From NCBI GenBank assembly GCA_045863855.1, contig BTVV01000117.1:1-19036 (forward strand): a DNA stretch of 19,036 nucleotides, written 5' to 3'. Positions 16,050 to 19,036 of the stretch are shown here, in pieces; positions within the stretch are counted from its first letter, which is position 1; each line of letters starts with the position of its first letter. Under the pieces are notes generated by a model, which ran no database searches, was not told the origin of the DNA, and saw only the letters and a program-made list of their open reading frames with translations. A program made the position numbers and the translations under genes. Origin of the DNA: Planctomycetota bacterium (lineage in GTDB: Bacteria; Planctomycetota; SZUA-567; H5-PLA8).

Positions 16050-16939
16050 ACCGCCCCCTTCCGCCCTTTCTTCCCCACGATCCCGTGCACCCTCGCTCCG
16101 CGCTGCGAGCGCAACAACAAGAAAAACGCTGCCAAATGCCGGGCATCCAAGAGGGCTGCCGGATATGGGTAAGCGAGCAAAACCGCTTTCCAACGGGGCA
16201 AGCACGAGAACTTACTCTGCTTCAAGAACCCCAGACCTTTCACGTTCGCTTCCACCAAACCGACCGTTTCGGGCGGGTACGGATGGTCGTGCACGTACGT
16301 GAGCACGTGGCCCGTCACGAGTTGATCGTTCTTCACCACGGCGAACGGCGTCGTAACCCGCAGCGCCGTCTTGATCGTGCTACTGCGGCGCAGCTGCACC
16401 TGCGCGTATCGCGTCAGCGCAGCGCGATCCTCCCAGGCCCGGGTCAGGTTCGAGGTGGTCACCACGAATCGAGCCACGGACAAATCCTTCTTGAACCCCA
16501 GGTCCTTCATCAGAATCGACTTTAACAGCGAGCAGCGCCGCATGTAGCACCACGGACATCCATAGGAGTCGCAGCGCTTGCCCGTATAACCCTCCTCGAA
16601 TCGATCGGCCGTCCAGCGACCGCCGGCGGGCTGGCAGTTGAGCATCATCCACGGCCGCCAACTCGGCATCTTGTACTCTACGTTCATTGCCATCACCTGC
16701 GCGCGCCATGCCCATAGCAAAGCGTACAGGTCCGTCGCCATGCGCGTCCGCCAGTGCCTGCCTTTGCGGCTCCTCTTGTCCAGCGCCTTAAATCGCCTCA
16801 GCGAGTTCCGATGAACGGTGCGCACCGTGGCCAGGTAATCGTCCCCAATGCCGGTCTTCACGCTGACACGCAGCACCTGCCGCAGCAGCTCGTCTGGCCA
16901 GATCTTCCGCAGTTCCCAACGTAACGGCTCCACGCACAC
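16016..16939 (-). CDS. Hypothetical protein with a C..CxxxxCPxC zinc finger; remote rolling-circle Rep/IS91-like resemblance
   Basis: NCQP...RCDSYGCPWCYMRR, then FVVTTS, GHVLTYVH, AYPYP and RGARVHGIVG. Start may be GTG 16933, which has GAGGGG 7 nt upstream. Confidence 0.6.
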   Translation of the reverse strand: MCVEPLRWELRKIWPDELLRQVLRVSVKTGIGDDYLATVRTVHRNSLRRFKALDKRSRKGRHWRTRMATDLYALLWAWRAQVMAMNVEYKMPSWRPWMMLNCQPAGGRWTADRFEEGYTGKRCDSYGCPWCYMRRCSLLKSILMKDLGFKKDLSVARFVVTTSNLTRAWEDRAALTRYAQVQLRRSSTIKTALRVTTPFAVVKNDQLVTGHVLTYVHDHPYPPETVGLVEANVKGLGFLKQSKFSCLPRWKAVLLAYPYPAALLDARHLAAFFLLLRSQRGARVHGIVGKKGRKGAVQDGDTISLSA

Positions 16940-17200
16940 GCCCCTCGCTCACGTGACTGCGATCATGACGTGCCAGTCGGGCACGGCAAGCTCCACTCCT
17001 AATATAGGAAAATATCATGGATCCATTCGACCTTCGCGCTCTCGCGCTCGCCGTCGTCATCCTTCTCGTCTGGATCTACGGGCGTGACGACGATGCCCCC
17101 GACTGACCGCCGTACCGACCCGGCCCCGCCCACGCCCGCTGTTTCCGGCGCGTGGGCGTCGGGGCAGCGGCTAAGCGCGGCCCCACTCCAGGAGCCGAAC

Positions 17201-17878
17201 ATGAACGTTGCTGCCGCCGTCACATTGCCGGATGCCGCCCCCTCAGACGCCGAGATCGCCACACAGTTCGAAGCCCTGCTCCCCGAGTTGAACAGCAGGG
17301 CTGAGCGGATCGGCCGCGCCGTCGCCCGCAACTCGGTCGATCAGGAGGAAGCCGCTGCAGAAGTGATCGCACACGCCTGGCTAAATTACCGGAGCGCGGC
17401 CCGCAGGGGCACTTGGCTGCTGGCCTCGCAACTGGCCTGGGTCGCCTGGCATTGCGTTCGCTCGGGCTGTTTGGCGACAGGCGGTTCGTCGGTCACCGAC
17501 GTCATGGATCCTCGCGCGCAGCGGCGGGGGCGTGCTCGCATGGCGAGCCTGCCGAACTATCAGCGTTCGTCGCGAGGCAAACGCAGTCGCTGCCGGACGG
17601 CAACCGCCGACTCCCGGCGCCTGTCGGCAGCTCTCACGAGCGGCGAGCGCGAATCGCCCGCGGAACGGGTCCGCGTTCGGCTCGACTGGAATGCCTTCGC
17701 AGAAAGGCTGTCCCCTCGCCATCGGACGATTCTGACAGGACTCGCGGAGGGTCGGGAGCAGCGCGAGCTGGCTGCCGCGCTGCGCGTCTCGCCGGGCCGG
17801 ATCACCCAGAACAAAGCCGAACTGGGCGCGCTGGTTCTGGAAGCGTTCGGGGCGGACATTCTGCCGCCGACACGATGA
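17201..17878 (+). CDS. Sigma-70/ECF-like protein (region 2-like plus region 4 HTH)
   Basis: FEALLPEL...DQEEAAAEVIAHAW (region 2-like) and LSPRHRTILTGLAEGREQRELAAALRVSPGRITQ (region 4-like). AGGAG at 17190-17194 favours ATG 17201 over GTG 17084. Confidence 0.75.
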   Translation: MNVAAAVTLPDAAPSDAEIATQFEALLPELNSRAERIGRAVARNSVDQEEAAAEVIAHAWLNYRSAARRGTWLLASQLAWVAWHCVRSGCLATGGSSVTDVMDPRAQRRGRARMASLPNYQRSSRGKRSRCRTATADSRRLSAALTSGERESPAERVRVRLDWNAFAERLSPRHRTILTGLAEGREQRELAAALRVSPGRITQNKAELGALVLEAFGADILPPTR

Positions 17879-17888
17879 GTCCACCAGA

Positions 17889-17930
17889 CCGCGCCGGTAA
17901 ACTACGGCGCGGCCTTGGTTTATATATTTC
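17889..17930 (+). terminator. GC-rich hairpin followed by a T-rich tract after the sigma-like gene
   Basis: CCGCGCCG-GTAAACTA-CGGCGCGG (17889-17912), then CCTTGGTTTATATATTT. Confidence 0.45.
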
Positions 17931-18007
17931 AGAAGCGGCGCTTCGGAGATGGGCACATAGAGTCATTTTCGAGTATGGGAAGGCTATTTTTTAGGGTTTG
18001 CGGGCAC

Positions 18008-18037
18008 TATAATTCGGGGAGATCGGCGTGGGGGAGG
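18008..18037 (+). promoter_or_regulatory. Candidate -10 box and RBS for the 18042 gene
   Basis: TATAAT at 18008-18013 and GGAGG at 18033-18037. No convincing -35. Confidence 0.4.
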
Positions 18038-18041
18038 TACA

Positions 18042-18836
18042 ATGCGCGACCCTGAAGAATACATACCGCCCATTCTCAATGACGTGCCTGTCGCGACCAA
18101 ACCGCGGCGCAAGCGTCGCCGGCGGGGAGAGCCGCCCGAACCGCCAGAGCCTACACTCGACGAACTGGCCGAGGACGGGCGGCTGGACGAGTTGCTCGAC
18201 CGACTGTCGAGTCACGAGGGCGAATCCGTGAGCGGCGCCGGCAAATCGCGCCTGATCCGAAAGGTTTTGGATGTTGTCGCCGCTTCAGGAATCGATGAGA
18301 TCATGGAGGTCGCGATGGCTCACATGTTGCGGTTTTCCATGACGCAACTATGCAAGGCCGAGGTCGCGTGCCGGCAAAAAATTCGCAACGACGAAGCTCG
18401 ATACGGCGACAAATTGGATCTGCCTGAAAAGGTTGTTGCTCAAGATTTGCCTCGAATGCTCGCCATTCAACGTGCCGTATGTGAGTTGCTGAAGACCGCT
18501 GCGACGGTTCGACGCCACACGCGTGCCGGCGTTGAAGGCGCAGCAACTGCGCCAGTTGAGCGCAGGCCCGAGACGACGGCAACCCCTACGGTCGAGATCA
18601 CGCCAGGCCCCCACGTCGGCCGGGTCATGGTCTCGAAGACCCCCGAGGACGAAGAGCGGCTGCGCCGTTGCGGCTGGGAAAAAGTGGGCGACGAATGGTG
18701 GCGAGCGACGCCGCTCGCGCCAGACTGCATTTCGATCGACAAGTTCAGTGCTCCGCCCGTACCCCCTGAAACGGTGGGCCCTCCTCATGCCCCAGCACCA
18801 TCCAACCCCTCCGGATGCGCCGCAGCCGCCGGCTGA
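18042..18836 (+). CDS. Hypothetical protein (264 aa)
   Basis: Strong RBS, helical core and low-complexity termini. No family recognised. Confidence 0.65.
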   Translation: MRDPEEYIPPILNDVPVATKPRRKRRRRGEPPEPPEPTLDELAEDGRLDELLDRLSSHEGESVSGAGKSRLIRKVLDVVAASGIDEIMEVAMAHMLRFSMTQLCKAEVACRQKIRNDEARYGDKLDLPEKVVAQDLPRMLAIQRAVCELLKTAATVRRHTRAGVEGAATAPVERRPETTATPTVEITPGPHVGRVMVSKTPEDEERLRRCGWEKVGDEWWRATPLAPDCISIDKFSAPPVPPETVGPPHAPAPSNPSGCAAAAG

Positions 18837-19036
18837 AGCGGACGCGAGAGCGCTCAGCGCCTTGCAAGAGCGGATTCCAGCTGCGCTGTGGGCGCGCATA
18901 GTCGAACTCAAATCCCATCTTATGCAGCAAGGCGTTGTGCAATTCCGAGCCCAGCACGGCAGGTATCGCCTGCGTTATCGCGTTTATGACGCCGATAAGG
19001 GCTACGCCGTGCACCGAAGTCTGGCATTGGGCAGCG
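18787..19036 (+). CDS. Hypothetical protein, 3'-partial (not in the ORF track)
   Basis: Open from ATG 18787 to the window end: MPQHHPTPP...LWARIVELKSHLMQQGVVQFRAQHGRYRLRYRVYDADKGYAVHRSLALGS. The basic beta-strand segment suggests DNA binding. Confidence 0.55.
   Translation, partial: MPQHHPTPPDAPQPPAEADARALSALQERIPAALWARIVELKSHLMQQGVVQFRAQHGRYRLRYRVYDADKGYAVHRSLALGS

Overview
A mosaic accessory region from a high-GC bacterium, probably Planctomycetota (inferred from a GYF_2 membrane protein, an 'MRFRLTTLL'-type small membrane protein and a sigma-like protein of a type common in that phylum). From left to right: (1) an AT-richer cassette of three genes (HEAT-like, TM-TPR, divergent Lgt) followed by an orphan RHS/YD fragment; (2) nested breaks, where the RHS fragment is cut by an IS256-family left end whose transposase stops at a TGT-initiated stretch of degenerate ~20-bp direct repeats (possible end of a large element); (3) two small genes not called separately by the ORF track (a 40-aa single-TM peptide and a 53-aa HTH protein), a 22-bp palindrome and tandem integrase-arm-like repeats; (4) an intact type I R-M operon hsdM-hsdS-hsdR, followed by C-terminal remnants of a different hsdS and hsdR; (5) an XRE regulator divergent from an LGFP-repeat/YkvA(DUF1232) fusion and a GYF_2 membrane protein; (6) a probable mobile-element core (DUF1016_N-like, phage-type RuvC, Zn-finger Rep-like, sigma-like, hypotheticals) running off the right edge. 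No rRNA, tRNA or true CRISPR array was recognised. All family calls are from motif recognition by eye, without database searches.
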